A stretch of 64,000 nt of DNA, taken from positions 1,024,001-1,088,000 of the forward strand of contig CAVUWD010000016.1 in NCBI GenBank assembly GCA_963745025.1. The letters are read 5' to 3'. Positions 49,614 to 59,780 of this stretch are shown here, one piece after another. The notes beneath the pieces are model-generated. The model saw nothing but the letters and a program-made list of their open reading frames with translations, made no database searches and was not told the DNA's origin. Each line of letters starts with the position of its first letter. Position 1 is the first letter of the stretch. This DNA comes from an uncultured delta proteobacterium (GTDB taxonomy: Bacteria > Desulfobacterota > Binatia > JACPRU01). The position numbers were made by a program, and so were the translations under genes.

Positions 49614-50627
49614 ATGGGTTCTCCTTTTGATGCACTGAGTGAAGCGGAGCGTATCCGGCATCTTGGCGAGGTCGCGGCGCGCGCGGTGCCCTATTGGGGT
49701 GTATCGCCGGACGCGCGCCTAACGCTGCTGAACATCTCGGAAAACGCGACCTATCGCATCGACGATCCGGGAGCCTCGGAGCCGCTCATCCTGCGTGTCC
49801 ACCGCACCGGCTATCACACGCGCGACGCGGTGCGCACCGAGCTCGCCTGGATGAAAGCGCTCAAGGAAGAGGCCGGCATCGAGACGCCGCAGGCGATACC
49901 GGCCCGCGATGGCGAACTCATCGGGAGCGTAGCGACGCCGGCGCTCGACGAAGAGCGCTTCGTCGTCATGTTTGCGTTCATCAAGGGGCGGGAACCGGAC
50001 GCTGATGACCTAGCCGAGCCATTCAAACGCTTGGGTGCGATTGCCGCGCGGATGCACCGCCATGCACGTGGCTGGCAGCGACCGCCCTATTTCGAACGCC
50101 TGGTCTGGGATTTCGAGGGCAGCGTGGGCCGCAACGGAAACTGGGGCGACTGGCGCGAGCGGCTCGCGCTCGATGCCGAACGTATCACCGTACTCGAGGA
50201 GACGTCCGCGCTCATCGAGCAGCGGCTTGCCCGTTTCGGTCAGGGCCCCGATCGCTTCGGCCTCATTCACGCGGACCTGCGTCTGGCGAACCTGCTGGTG
50301 ACGGACGACGACACCCGCGTGATCGACTTCGACGATGCTGGACTTGGCTGGTTTCTTTACGACATCGCGACCGCGGTCAGCTTCATGGAGGAGCGCCCGG
50401 ACCTCGACGATCTGCTGCGAGCCTGGGTCCACGGCTACCGCACGGAAGCGCCGTTATCGGCCGAAGAGGAGGCGGAGATCCCGACTTTTCTCATGTTGCG
50501 GCGACTCGCCATCGTCGCCTGGATCGGCTCCCACTCGCAAACCGATCTCGCCCGCGAACTCGGCGGATCTTTCGCCGAGGGCAGCGTCCGCCTCGCGCGC
50601 AAATACATCGAACGCTTCAAACCCTGA
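49614..50627 (+). CDS. APH-family aminoalcohol/hydroxylysine kinase-like phosphotransferase
   Basis: SENATY, LRVHR..YH, FGLIHADLRLANLL, IDFDD.G.GW..YD. Confidence 0.85.
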   Translation: MGSPFDALSEAERIRHLGEVAARAVPYWGVSPDARLTLLNISENATYRIDDPGASEPLILRVHRTGYHTRDAVRTELAWMKALKEEAGIETPQAIPARDGELIGSVATPALDEERFVVMFAFIKGREPDADDLAEPFKRLGAIAARMHRHARGWQRPPYFERLVWDFEGSVGRNGNWGDWRERLALDAERITVLEETSALIEQRLARFGQGPDRFGLIHADLRLANLLVTDDDTRVIDFDDAGLGWFLYDIATAVSFMEERPDLDDLLRAWVHGYRTEAPLSAEEEAEIPTFLMLRRLAIVAWIGSHSQTDLARELGGSFAEGSVRLARKYIERFKP

Positions 50628-50655
50628 ACGGCCCTCGATCCAGGGGGAGGCCTTC

Positions 50656-50840
50656 ATGAAAACTCTCATCACTGGAGGAACGGCCTGCTCGGCAGGGAGT
50701 TTCTCGCGAACGTGTCGGATGCCGTGGTTCTAGGCCGCGATCCGACTTGGGCTACACCGGTTCGCGATGTCGTCGACTACGCCGAGCCGCTCGGCGCCCT
50801 CGGTTTCGTCGCACATCGACTCTTCGTCCGGCGCAGTAGG
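50656..50840 (+). pseudogene. Deletion-fused stub: NAD-epimerase (TIGR01777-like) start plus SRPBCC end
   Basis: RBS ggagg; MKTLITGGT / LLGREF...VVLGRDP, then VRDVVDYAEPLGALGFVAHRLFVRR. Confidence 0.6.
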
Positions 50841-50866
50841 CAGTCGAGGCCGCAAGCGAGTCGCGG

Positions 50867-52306
50867 ATGAGGACCATCGTCTGGTTCCGCGGCAAGGACC
50901 TGCGCCTCTCGGACCATGAGCCGCTCCAAGACGCGGTCGACACCGGCGAGGTCATCCCCCTGTTCGTGCTCGACCCCTATTTCTTCGCACCCGCCCGCGC
51001 TCGCGAGCTCCCGCACCGAATGCAGTTCCTACTCGATTCGCTTCGAACTCTCGAAGCGAATCTCTTGGCACGCGGCTCACGCCTGGTCGCCGTCTCGGGC
51101 AAGAGCGTGGAGGTCGTCCCACGCCTCTGCAGAGAATGGAAAGCCGATCGAGTCGTCGCCCAGCGATGGGTCGAACCCTTCGCACGCGAGCGTGACCGGC
51201 GAGTACGCGAGGCCCTTGGCGCCAAGTTCGAGTTGTACGAGGGGGAGACGCTGCTGCCGCCCGGCACTTTGCGAACGGGCGCCGGAAGTCCCTACTCGGT
51301 GTTCAGCCAGTTTGCCCGCGTGTTTCGCGAGACGGCGATGATCGGCAAGCCGCTCCCGGCGCCGCGTGCTTTGCCATCGGTGCCGAGAGACATCCGAGCC
51401 CGCGCGACCGTGATTCCGACCTGCGAAGATCTCGGCATCGGGCGCAACGCGGCCATCTTGCCCGCGGGAGAGCAGGCTGCGAACGCGCGTTTGCGGCGGT
51501 TCTTGAGGCAAGTAGCGGCCGCGTATCCAGAGCACCGCGATCGAATGGACCTTGCCGGCACGAGTCGACTGTCGGCGGACCTCAAGTTCGGCACCGTCTC
51601 CGCTCGTCAGGTGTGGACCGCGGTGGAGAAGGCGCTCGATGGAACCAGGGCCGCGCGATCCTTCTTGAACGAGATCGTCTGGCGCGAGTTCACCCACAGC
51701 ACCCTATGGGATCGGCCCGAGCTGCTCGAGAAGCCTTTCCGCCCTGCGTTCCTGGGCTTCCCCTGGAAGTATGACGAGGCCCTGTGGCAAGCCTGGGTCC
51801 TCGGCAAGACCGGATATCCCATCGTAGACGCTTCAGCTCGCCAACTCCTCGGCGAAGGCTTCGTTCACAACCGCGCGCGCATGATCTCCGCGAGCTTTCT
51901 GACCAAACACTTGCTCATCGACTACCGACGCGGCGAGGCCCACTACATGAAGTACCTCACCGATGGGGATTGGGCGCAGAACAACGCGGGCTGGCAATGG
52001 TCCGCCGGATGTGGCTGCGACGCGCAGCCCTACTTTCGGATCTTCAACCCAATCACGCAGGGCGAGAAGTTCGATCCGGAGGGCGACTATGTTCGCCGCT
52101 GGGTACCAGAGCTGAGTAGGATGCCCGCCCGCTACATTCACCACCCATGGGAGGCCCCCGACGCCGTGCTGCGTGACGCCCGGGTTCGACTGGCTGAGAA
52201 CTATCCACCGCCCATTGTCGAGCACCGGTTCGCGCGTGAGCGGTTCCTCGCACTGGCGGCGCAACACCTGAAGCGCAATGCCGGTCTCCGCTGGACCCGG
52301 ATGTGA
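50867..52306 (+). CDS. phrB: Class I CPD photolyase / cryptochrome family
   Basis: WFRGKDLRLSD, TSRLS, EIVWREF, GKTGYPIVDA, HNRARM, NNAGWQW, FRIFNP. Confidence 0.9.
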   Translation: MRTIVWFRGKDLRLSDHEPLQDAVDTGEVIPLFVLDPYFFAPARARELPHRMQFLLDSLRTLEANLLARGSRLVAVSGKSVEVVPRLCREWKADRVVAQRWVEPFARERDRRVREALGAKFELYEGETLLPPGTLRTGAGSPYSVFSQFARVFRETAMIGKPLPAPRALPSVPRDIRARATVIPTCEDLGIGRNAAILPAGEQAANARLRRFLRQVAAAYPEHRDRMDLAGTSRLSADLKFGTVSARQVWTAVEKALDGTRAARSFLNEIVWREFTHSTLWDRPELLEKPFRPAFLGFPWKYDEALWQAWVLGKTGYPIVDASARQLLGEGFVHNRARMISASFLTKHLLIDYRRGEAHYMKYLTDGDWAQNNAGWQWSAGCGCDAQPYFRIFNPITQGEKFDPEGDYVRRWVPELSRMPARYIHHPWEAPDAVLRDARVRLAENYPPPIVEHRFARERFLALAAQHLKRNAGLRWTRM

Positions 52307-52418
52307 CCTCGGACACTTGACTCCGAGGGACATCTCGGCAGGGATACCAAATCGAGGCCAGAATCTAACCCCTCGACCTGTCCGAAGATCGGGACGGGGA
52401 CACGATCAACGGGGCGGC

Positions 52419-54957
52419 ATGGCCGCCGCGGCGGATATGCCCGGACTTTCCAGTACGCAGGCGCTCGAACAGCTTCGCATCGTCGGTCCGAACGCGCTTC
52501 CGGAGCAGCCGCCTGTGCCTGTCTGGCGGCGATTCGCGCGACAATTCGAGAGCCCGCTCATCTACATCCTCCTGTTCGCGCTGGTCTTCGACCTGGCCCT
52601 ATGGGTCTACGAGGGCGTCGCAGCGTGGCCTGTGGATGCCACGGCCATTGCGATCATCCTGCTGTTGAACTCGGCGCTGGGCCTGTACCAGGAGCAACGC
52701 TCGGAGGCGGCGCTGGCGCGGCTCAAGGCCATGGCGGCCGCCCAAGCCTGGGTTCTGCGCGACGCCCAGCTGCGTCGCATCGCGAGCACCGACATCGTGC
52801 CCGGGGACTGGGTACGGCTCGAGGCCGGCGATCGGGTCCCGGCCGACGGCCAGCTCCGAGAGGCTCACGGCGCGATGCTGGACGAATCGATTCTGACGGG
52901 GGAGTCGGTGCCCCTGGACAAGACGGACGGGGACGACGCCTTCAGCGGCACGCTACTGGTCCGCGGCACGACCTACCTGGAGGTCACCCGCACGGGTGCG
53001 GCCAGCGCCATGGGACGGCTCGCCGGCATGCTCGGCGGGATCGAGGCCTCGAAGACCCCGTTGGAGCGGCGCGTGGACGCCTTGGGACACCAGATCGCCC
53101 GGTGGGTCCTCACGCTCGCGGCATCGCTCGCAGTCCTCGGCATCCTGGCCGAGGGTGTGGGGCGGGCTGCGGAGATGCTCGTCTTCGCCGTGGCGCTGGC
53201 CGTGGCCGCCGTGCCCGAGGGGCTGCCGGCCGTGCTCACCGTCGCGCTGGCTCTCGGCGTGGAGCGCATGGCCAGGCGGCGGGCCGTGGTGCGCCGGCTG
53301 TCCGCCGTGGAGGCGCTCGGGTCGGTGACGGTCATCGCCACCGACAAGACCGGTACGCTCACCGAGAACCGGATGGACGTCCGCTCGATCGACACCCCGG
53401 ACCGGGAACGGGCGCTGCGGGCCATCGTCCTCGCCAACGACGCGGACCCGGGGACGGGCGTGGGCGATCCGCTCGACGTCGGACTGCTGCGCCATGCGGC
53501 GGACGCGGGCATCGACGTCGGGGAAGTGCGCCGGAGCCACGCCAGAGTCTCGGAGCGGCCGTTCGACAGCGCGTGGAAGTTCACGCGCGTCACCGTCGAG
53601 GAAGGCGGCCGGCTGATCAGCTACCTCAAAGGGGCGCCCGAAGTCATCCTGGATCGCTGCACGCTGCCTCAGCCAGAACGCGACTCGTGGCGCGAAAAGG
53701 CCGATGCTTACGCGCACGAGGGATTCCGCGTCCTGGCGGTGGCGTGGGCGCCGGGAGAAGCCGAGCAGCACCTGACCATGCTCGGGCTGATCCTGTTCTG
53801 GGACCCGCCGCGGCCCGAGGTGCGCGATGCGATGCGGCACGCGATCGATGCCGGCATCCGCGTGATCATGATCACGGGCGATCACCCGGCGACGGCGCTC
53901 GCGGTTGCGCGCCAGATCGGGATTCCCGGCGTGCAGGTGCTGACGGGCGAGGATCTCCGCGACTACGACGAGACCTCCCTCAAGGCCGCGCTCGGCGAGG
54001 TCAACGTCTTCGCGCGCGTGCATCCCGATCAGAAGCTGCGTCTCGTCGAGGCGCTGCAGGCGGACGGCGAGATCGTCGCGATGACCGGCGACGGCGTCAA
54101 TGACGCGCCGGCTCTGAAGCGCTCCGACGTCGGCGTGGCCATGGGCGAGCGCGGCTCGGATGTGAGCCGGGAGGTCGCCGACCTGGTGCTGCTCGACGAC
54201 AACTTCGCCACCATCGTCGGCGCGGTCGAGGAAGGGCGAAGCATCTACGAGAACATCCAGAAGTTCCTCCGCTTCCTGTTTTCGACCAACCTGTCCGAAG
54301 TGCTGCTCGTGTCGGCCGGCGCGGTGCTGTCCTACGCCCTGGATCTGCGGGACGCGTCCGGCGATCTGTTGCTGCCGCTCACGGCGGCGCAGATACTCTG
54401 GATCAACCTGGTCACCGACGGACTGCCGGCGCTGGCTCTGGCCTTCGACCGCACACCGGGTGTCATGCGGCAGCCGCCCCGGCCGCCCACCGCTCCGCTG
54501 CTGGACCGGCCGTCGGTGCAGTTCGTCGTGGGCGCGGGGACGCATGAAGGCGCTGCTGGCCCTGGGGCTCCTCGGCCTCGTGCCGCAGCTCGGGTTCGAC
54601 ACGGACACGGCGCGGGCGGTCACGTTCCACTTCATGGCGATCGGCCAGCTACTGCTGACGTATCCGTCGCGCCACACGTGGACCAATCCCCTGCCGAACG
54701 CCTACCTGCACGCCGCCGTCGCCGGCGGCATCGCGATCCAGCTCGGCGCCGGGGCGGTGCCGGTGGTGGCCGCGATGCTCGGGGGGGCGAGCCTGCCCCT
54801 TCTCCTGTGGGGCCTCGTCTTTGCCTCCGCGCTGGTTTCCTGGACGGTGGCCGAGGCGTGGTCGCGGCTCGTCTGGGGGTTAGAGCGGCGGCGCACGAGC
54901 GGGCGATTACCTGGATCCTCTTCCTTGGCGTCTCCGGAGCCAAGGGAACCGGGATGA
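52419..54957 (+). CDS. P-type II cation-transporting ATPase, frameshift near 54542
   Basis: TGES, PEGL, DKTGTLT, KGAPE, TGDGVNDAPAL, QILWINL; C-terminus continues in the 54460-54957 frame. Confidence 0.9.
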
Positions 54958-55037
54958 ACGAGCGATCACGTGTGCACGCCGTGGTCGGTGGCACCGTTTT
55001 CACGCAGGACGCCGGGAGGCCCGACGTGGCGGCATCG
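54954..55037 (+). pseudogene. Possible amidohydrolase N-terminal stub
   Basis: MNERSRVHAVVGGTVFTQDAGRP is ATGA-coupled to the ATPase stop and resembles YtcJ-type starts. Confidence 0.35.
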
Positions 55038-55228
55038 CGCGCCGCAGCGTCGGGCGTACCGCTCCGTCGCCGATTCGTTCAGGCAACCAACGCGTCGCCG
55101 AGGCCTTCTATCTTTCCAGCGCGCTTGAGACATGAGACTAGGTGCGGATGTTCTGAAGCTAGTGCCCGCTCGCTAACTTGGCGGGCTCGGTGTCGGGAGA
55201 GATCTCGCGGGAGGTGAAACAGGTGAAA

Positions 55229-56215
55229 ATGGAATTCGGACTGCAACTGGCAAACATGGAGCCGGCCCAGTTTCGGGCCAACGCGCAGGCGGCCGAGGCG
55301 CTCGGTTACGACCTGATCGTGCTTCCCGACCACATCGTGCTCGAGGGACCGGAGCGCCAATCCGATCCGCACGCGCTGGCCTACGACGCGATCGTGATGG
55401 CAGCGGCGCTGGCCGACGCGACGAGGAAGATTCGCATCGGGCACCTGGTGCTCTGCAACCTGTTTCGTCATCCCGCCATCACCGCGCAGTCCCTGATGAC
55501 GCTGGACCGCGTGAGCGGCGGACGGCTGCTGGCAGGGCTCGGCACGGGATGGACCGAGACCGAATTTCAAATGACCGGAATTCCTTTCCCGCCGATCGCC
55601 GAGCGGCTGCGGATGCTGGACGAAGCCCTGGCCTGCATCATTTCGCTGTGGACCAACGAGCGGACCACGTTCGCCGGCGAATTCTACAGATTCAGCGACG
55701 CGATCCTGTGGCCCAAGCCGGTACAGAAGCCGCGTCCGCCGATCATCGTGGGCGGGGGCGGCAAGGGTCTGCTGCGCATCGCCGCGAAGTACGCCGACTA
55801 CGTCAACCTCATTCCCGACGCCGGCAAGGCTGGAAAGATCTCGCTCGCGAACTTGAAGCGGATGACCGACGACGCCTTTCGCGGAAAGGTCGGCTTCGTC
55901 CGCGAGGAGGCGAAACGCTGCGGGCGCGATCCCGACGCGATCAAGGTCAGCAATTTCGTCTTCACGCTGACGATCACCGACTCGCGCGAGGCCACGCGCA
56001 AGACGGCCGAGATGATGGGCCCGGCGTTCGGTCAGACACCAGAAGGCATCCTGGCGTCGCCGATGTCGCTCATCGGCACGCCCGACGAGTGCGTCACCGA
56101 GCTCAAGCGGCGCGCGAAGAACTGGGGCGTCTCGCAATTCATCTTTTCCACCTTCATGGGGATGGATGAGAAGACCATCCGCCGGCTCCGCGAGAAAGTT
56201 ATCGCGCACGTCTGA
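55229..56215 (+). CDS. LLM-class (probably F420-dependent) oxidoreductase
   Basis: LPDH, LCNLFRHP, LDRVSGGR, PKPVQKPRPPIIVGG. Confidence 0.9.
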   Translation: MEFGLQLANMEPAQFRANAQAAEALGYDLIVLPDHIVLEGPERQSDPHALAYDAIVMAAALADATRKIRIGHLVLCNLFRHPAITAQSLMTLDRVSGGRLLAGLGTGWTETEFQMTGIPFPPIAERLRMLDEALACIISLWTNERTTFAGEFYRFSDAILWPKPVQKPRPPIIVGGGGKGLLRIAAKYADYVNLIPDAGKAGKISLANLKRMTDDAFRGKVGFVREEAKRCGRDPDAIKVSNFVFTLTITDSREATRKTAEMMGPAFGQTPEGILASPMSLIGTPDECVTELKRRAKNWGVSQFIFSTFMGMDEKTIRRLREKVIAHV

Positions 56216-56430
56216 ACGATCGGGAAGCGAGGAGTTTGAGCGCGGAGCAGCGTCGGCGAGGCCCCAGCCGGAGGTCGCGGAGGCCGCGCTCGCGGCGGCG
56301 GCGTCTTTGCAACGGTCGTTGTTGCGCGCTGAAGCCTGAAACCTATAGTGTCCGTGCGCAGAAATGCGGATTGTTCGTCCCACCCGCAGCCACCGTGTCG
56401 TCGATGATCGATTCGAAAGTGGAGGAAGAT

Positions 56431-57954
56431 ATGAGCGTACCCGCACTCACGCCTGAACAACTGCTCGAAGCTGCCGACGCCGTGGGGCTGTCGCTGACCG
56501 ACGCAGACGTAACCTCCTATCTGGGCCTGCTGAAGCCCTTTGTTGATGCTTACAATCTCGTCGATCAGATGCCGGACAATCTGCCGGTCGTGAAATATCA
56601 GCGCACGCCCGGGTATTTCCCTCCGGCTTCGGAAAACCCGCGCAACGCCTGGTACGTGAGGACGTCCATCAAGGGCGCCGCAAGTGGCAAGCTGGCAGGC
56701 AAGAAAGTCGCCATCAAGGACAATGTCATGGTGGCAGGCGTACCGATGATGAACGGCAACGCGATCCTGGAAGGTTACGTTCCAAACATCGATGCCACCG
56801 TCATTTCGCGCATCCTCGATGCCGGCGGCGAAATCACCGGCAAAACCCACTGTGAGAATTACTGCATCTCGGGGGGCAGCCACACGGGCGCCAAGGGTCC
56901 GGTACATAATCCCTACAAGATGGGATATTCCGCGGGTGGCTCATCGTCCGGCAGCGGGGTCGTCGTGGCGCTCGGTGAAGCGGACATGGCGATCGGCGGC
57001 GACCAGGGCGGCTCGATCCGTATGCCGTCCTCGTGGTGCGGGATCGTCGGCATGAAGGCAACCCATGGCCTCGTACCCTACACGGGGATCATGCCGATCG
57101 AGCCTTATATCGACCACACAGGCCCAATGACGGCGAACGTCAAGGCGAACGCGACGCTGCTGGAAGTCATCGCCGGCATCGATGGCTATGATCCTCGACA
57201 GTGCCATGTCAAACAACACGGCACCCTCGATTATTCTTCGCAGATCGACGCCGGCGTCAAAGGCATGAAGATCGGCGTGGTGAAAGAAGGCTTCGGACAC
57301 CCGAACTCCGAAGCGGACGTGGATGCGAAGGTGCGCAGCGCCGCGCTTCAGCTGCAGGCGCTCGGCGCACTCGTCGAGGATGTATCGATCCCGCAGCATC
57401 TGCTGGGGGGTGCGATCTGGACACCGATCGGCGTCGAAGGCCTCACGCAGACCATGATGTTCGGTGATGGTTATGGCCTGTCGCGGCGAGATCTGTACGT
57501 GACGAGCCTCATCGACAAGCTCCACGGCTGGGAATTGCGCGCCGATCAGCTCTCGGAAACCACCAAGCTCCTCACCGTCTTCGGCGTGCACATGAAGAAG
57601 CATTATGGCAGTCGCTTTTACGGCAAAGCCGTGAACCTCTCGCGAATGCTGACAGCGGCCTACGATGCGGCGCTCGCGAAGTACGATTTACTGCTGATGC
57701 CGACCATGGTGTTGAAGCCCACGCCTTTGCCTCCGGCTGACGCGCCACGCGAACTGTACGTGCAACGCGCGCTAGAGATGATCGGCAACACCTGCCCCTT
57801 CGATATCACGCACCATCCCGCGATGACGGTGCCGTGTGGGATGTCGGACGGTCTGCCGATCGGAATGATGTTGATCGGAAGACACTTCGACGAGGCAAGC
57901 GTATACAAAGCTGGCTACGCGTTCGAGCAATCGGCCGACTGGAAGACGCGATGA
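56431..57954 (+). CDS. Amidase (amidase-signature family)
   Basis: VAIKDN, GGSSSG, GGDQGGSIRMP (Lys-cisSer-Ser triad); RBS ggagg. Confidence 0.92.
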   Translation: MSVPALTPEQLLEAADAVGLSLTDADVTSYLGLLKPFVDAYNLVDQMPDNLPVVKYQRTPGYFPPASENPRNAWYVRTSIKGAASGKLAGKKVAIKDNVMVAGVPMMNGNAILEGYVPNIDATVISRILDAGGEITGKTHCENYCISGGSHTGAKGPVHNPYKMGYSAGGSSSGSGVVVALGEADMAIGGDQGGSIRMPSSWCGIVGMKATHGLVPYTGIMPIEPYIDHTGPMTANVKANATLLEVIAGIDGYDPRQCHVKQHGTLDYSSQIDAGVKGMKIGVVKEGFGHPNSEADVDAKVRSAALQLQALGALVEDVSIPQHLLGGAIWTPIGVEGLTQTMMFGDGYGLSRRDLYVTSLIDKLHGWELRADQLSETTKLLTVFGVHMKKHYGSRFYGKAVNLSRMLTAAYDAALAKYDLLLMPTMVLKPTPLPPADAPRELYVQRALEMIGNTCPFDITHHPAMTVPCGMSDGLPIGMMLIGRHFDEASVYKAGYAFEQSADWKTR

Positions 57955-58129
57955 GATCGCGCGGAGCCGCTGCGTAGCACGCTCGTTGGGCGTTGTCCTC
58001 GTGCGCGACCGCCACCCCGCTGCGTCAGCGGCGGGATTGCATCGCGAGTTCGGTGCATCAGGCCTTACCGACGGTGACCTGGAAGACCGGCCACCGGGCT
58101 CTTCACCCGGCAGGAACGGCGGCGAGTAT

Positions 58130-58231
58130 TTGGACCTTGATCACGTACGCGCCGACGTCCGCGAGAATGCAGCCGCACATTGGTCCTGCCCAGGTCCTCG
58201 TCGTCTCCACGACGCGGACTCCGGCGAGCGG
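58130..58231 (-). pseudogene. N-terminal stub of CaiB/BaiF family III CoA-transferase
   Basis: PLAGVRVVETTRTWAGPMCGCILADVGAYVIKVQ. Confidence 0.75.
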
Positions 58232-58344
58232 CCCGGGAAAGTCCCTCTAGGCGTCGCGGTAGAACGCGGACTCTCCATCGCGCGAGCGATCTATAGCCGC
58301 GCGATAAAAAGGACACGGAGGTCGACGTTCGATCGACCCGCTTC

Positions 58345-59124
58345 CTATTTCGGACTGCCCCCTTCGCCACTGGAAGTCTCGCCGCCATCGCCGCTCGACC
58401 CACTCGTGCCGCCGCCGTCCCCGGACTCGCGCTCGACGCCCACCGAAGCGGCTTCGACGTCTCCGTCGCTCCGCACCTCGCCGTCGACCTCGGTGGATTG
58501 TCCTGCGGACAGATCGCCGCAGGCGACCGGGTTCCCGTCCGGGTCGCGCACCACCGCGTCACCGAGCAGCACGGTATAGGTATTGCCGTCGGTGGGCGTC
58601 TCGCGGCTCACCATCGTCGCCGCGTCCCGCCGGCAGTCGGTGCCGTTCACCACCCCCCCGAAGCGCACGTGCTGGTTGTCGGCCGTCGCCTGGCTCGTTC
58701 GCTCATCGAGATGGACGTTGATGACCCTCACCTCGCCCCCGCGCGGAACGACGATGACGAGGCGCGCGCGGCCGCCGTCGGGCAGGTCGAAGACCATCCC
58801 CACGGGGCCCGCGAAGTCGCCGCGCAGCGCGAATTGCCCCTGTCCGTCGGTGCGCGTCGAGAGCGTCGTTCCCTCGATGCTGACGCCGATGTCCTCGAGC
58901 GCTCCACGCGCGAGAGCTTCGCGCTCAGGGCTGAGCCAGCCGAGCAGCCGCGCGATCATCGTCGGCCTCGCCGCGCCCGACGCCGGCCGTAGCGCGGTGT
59001 TGAGGCTGGTGACGTTGCCCAGTGCGGCCGTGCTGATGCCCGTCCCGCTCGAGCCTCCGTCACAGCCGGCGATGGCGATCGCCAGCGACGTGGCGAGCGT
59101 GAACTCGCTGAGAATGTTCTTCAT
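58345..59124 (-). CDS. Lipoprotein, DUF5666-like C-terminal OB domain
   Basis: Lipobox IAGC, GSSGTGI, CGDLSAGQSTEVDG...VEAASV. Confidence 0.7.
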   Translation of the reverse strand: MKNILSEFTLATSLAIAIAGCDGGSSGTGISTAALGNVTSLNTALRPASGAARPTMIARLLGWLSPEREALARGALEDIGVSIEGTTLSTRTDGQGQFALRGDFAGPVGMVFDLPDGGRARLVIVVPRGGEVRVINVHLDERTSQATADNQHVRFGGVVNGTDCRRDAATMVSRETPTDGNTYTVLLGDAVVRDPDGNPVACGDLSAGQSTEVDGEVRSDGDVEAASVGVERESGDGGGTSGSSGDGGETSSGEGGSPK

Positions 59125-59236
59125 AGCGCGCTTCGAGCATGCCGAACGGCACTCCGGAGGCCGGCAGGCGGCGGACGATCGGGCGCAGCATCTCGACCGA
59201 GCCTCGCAACAAGCCCTCTTCGTTCTCGCGGGACAC
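59125..59236 (-). pseudogene. N-terminal stub resembling DUF6502 family
   Basis: LLRGSVEMLRPIVRRLPASGVPFG directly upstream of a DUF5666-like gene (a recalled neighbour pair). Confidence 0.45.
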
Positions 59237-59365
59237 GCGGCGACCCTAGCGCAGTGGCGGGCGCAGCGCTAGAAAGTAAATGGGAAGTTTTACCATTCTT
59301 ACCGACGACGCCGCGTCCCCAATGTAAAGTCGGTCGTAGGGCGAGCCGCTGTTGAGGGACCGGAA

Positions 59366-59683
59366 GTGGTCGTGGTTCACACGCATGACCCATCGGGTAA
59401 CCCCCGCACGAGGCGCACATGGATCGCCTACAATGAGGGTTTCGCGTGGATCGAGGCCGCCAACCCGGACCGCGAGTTCTATCGCGACATCGTGGCCAAC
59501 CCGGAGATCGAGGTCGGACGCCACGGCGAGTTGCGCCGCTACCATGCGGTGCCGCTCGCCAACCCCGACGGACACCAGATCATCCGCCGGCTGCTCGCCG
59601 AGAAGTACGGCTTAGCCGACTGCTGGATCGGCCTGATCGCCAACACCTCGCGTTCGGTCGCCATCCGCCTGGAGCCGCGCTGA
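59366..59683 (+). CDS. Deazaflavin-dependent nitroreductase-like (split beta-barrel) protein, possibly N-truncated
   Basis: RTRRTWI, FYRDIVANPEIEV, LAEKYG, AIRLEP. Confidence 0.6.
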   Translation: MVVVHTHDPSGNPRTRRTWIAYNEGFAWIEAANPDREFYRDIVANPEIEVGRHGELRRYHAVPLANPDGHQIIRRLLAEKYGLADCWIGLIANTSRSVAIRLEPR

Positions 59684-59780
59684 ACGGCGCCGCTTCGTGC
59701 GCCCCGTCAAAGCGGGCAGAGATGGGGAAGTGCCGACGTCCGAGATCGACCGTTATGTAGCGTTCCGGCCCTTGTTGCCG

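Noticed and set aside
52307-52328. cctcggacacttgactccgagg as an IS terminal repeat
   Set aside because: Short hairpin after the photolyase stop with no partner end or transposase.
52278-55217. 979-aa P-type ATPase with a novel C-terminal extension
   Set aside because: The extension is read-through in the wrong frame after the break near 54542; the real TM helices continue in the 54460-54957 frame.
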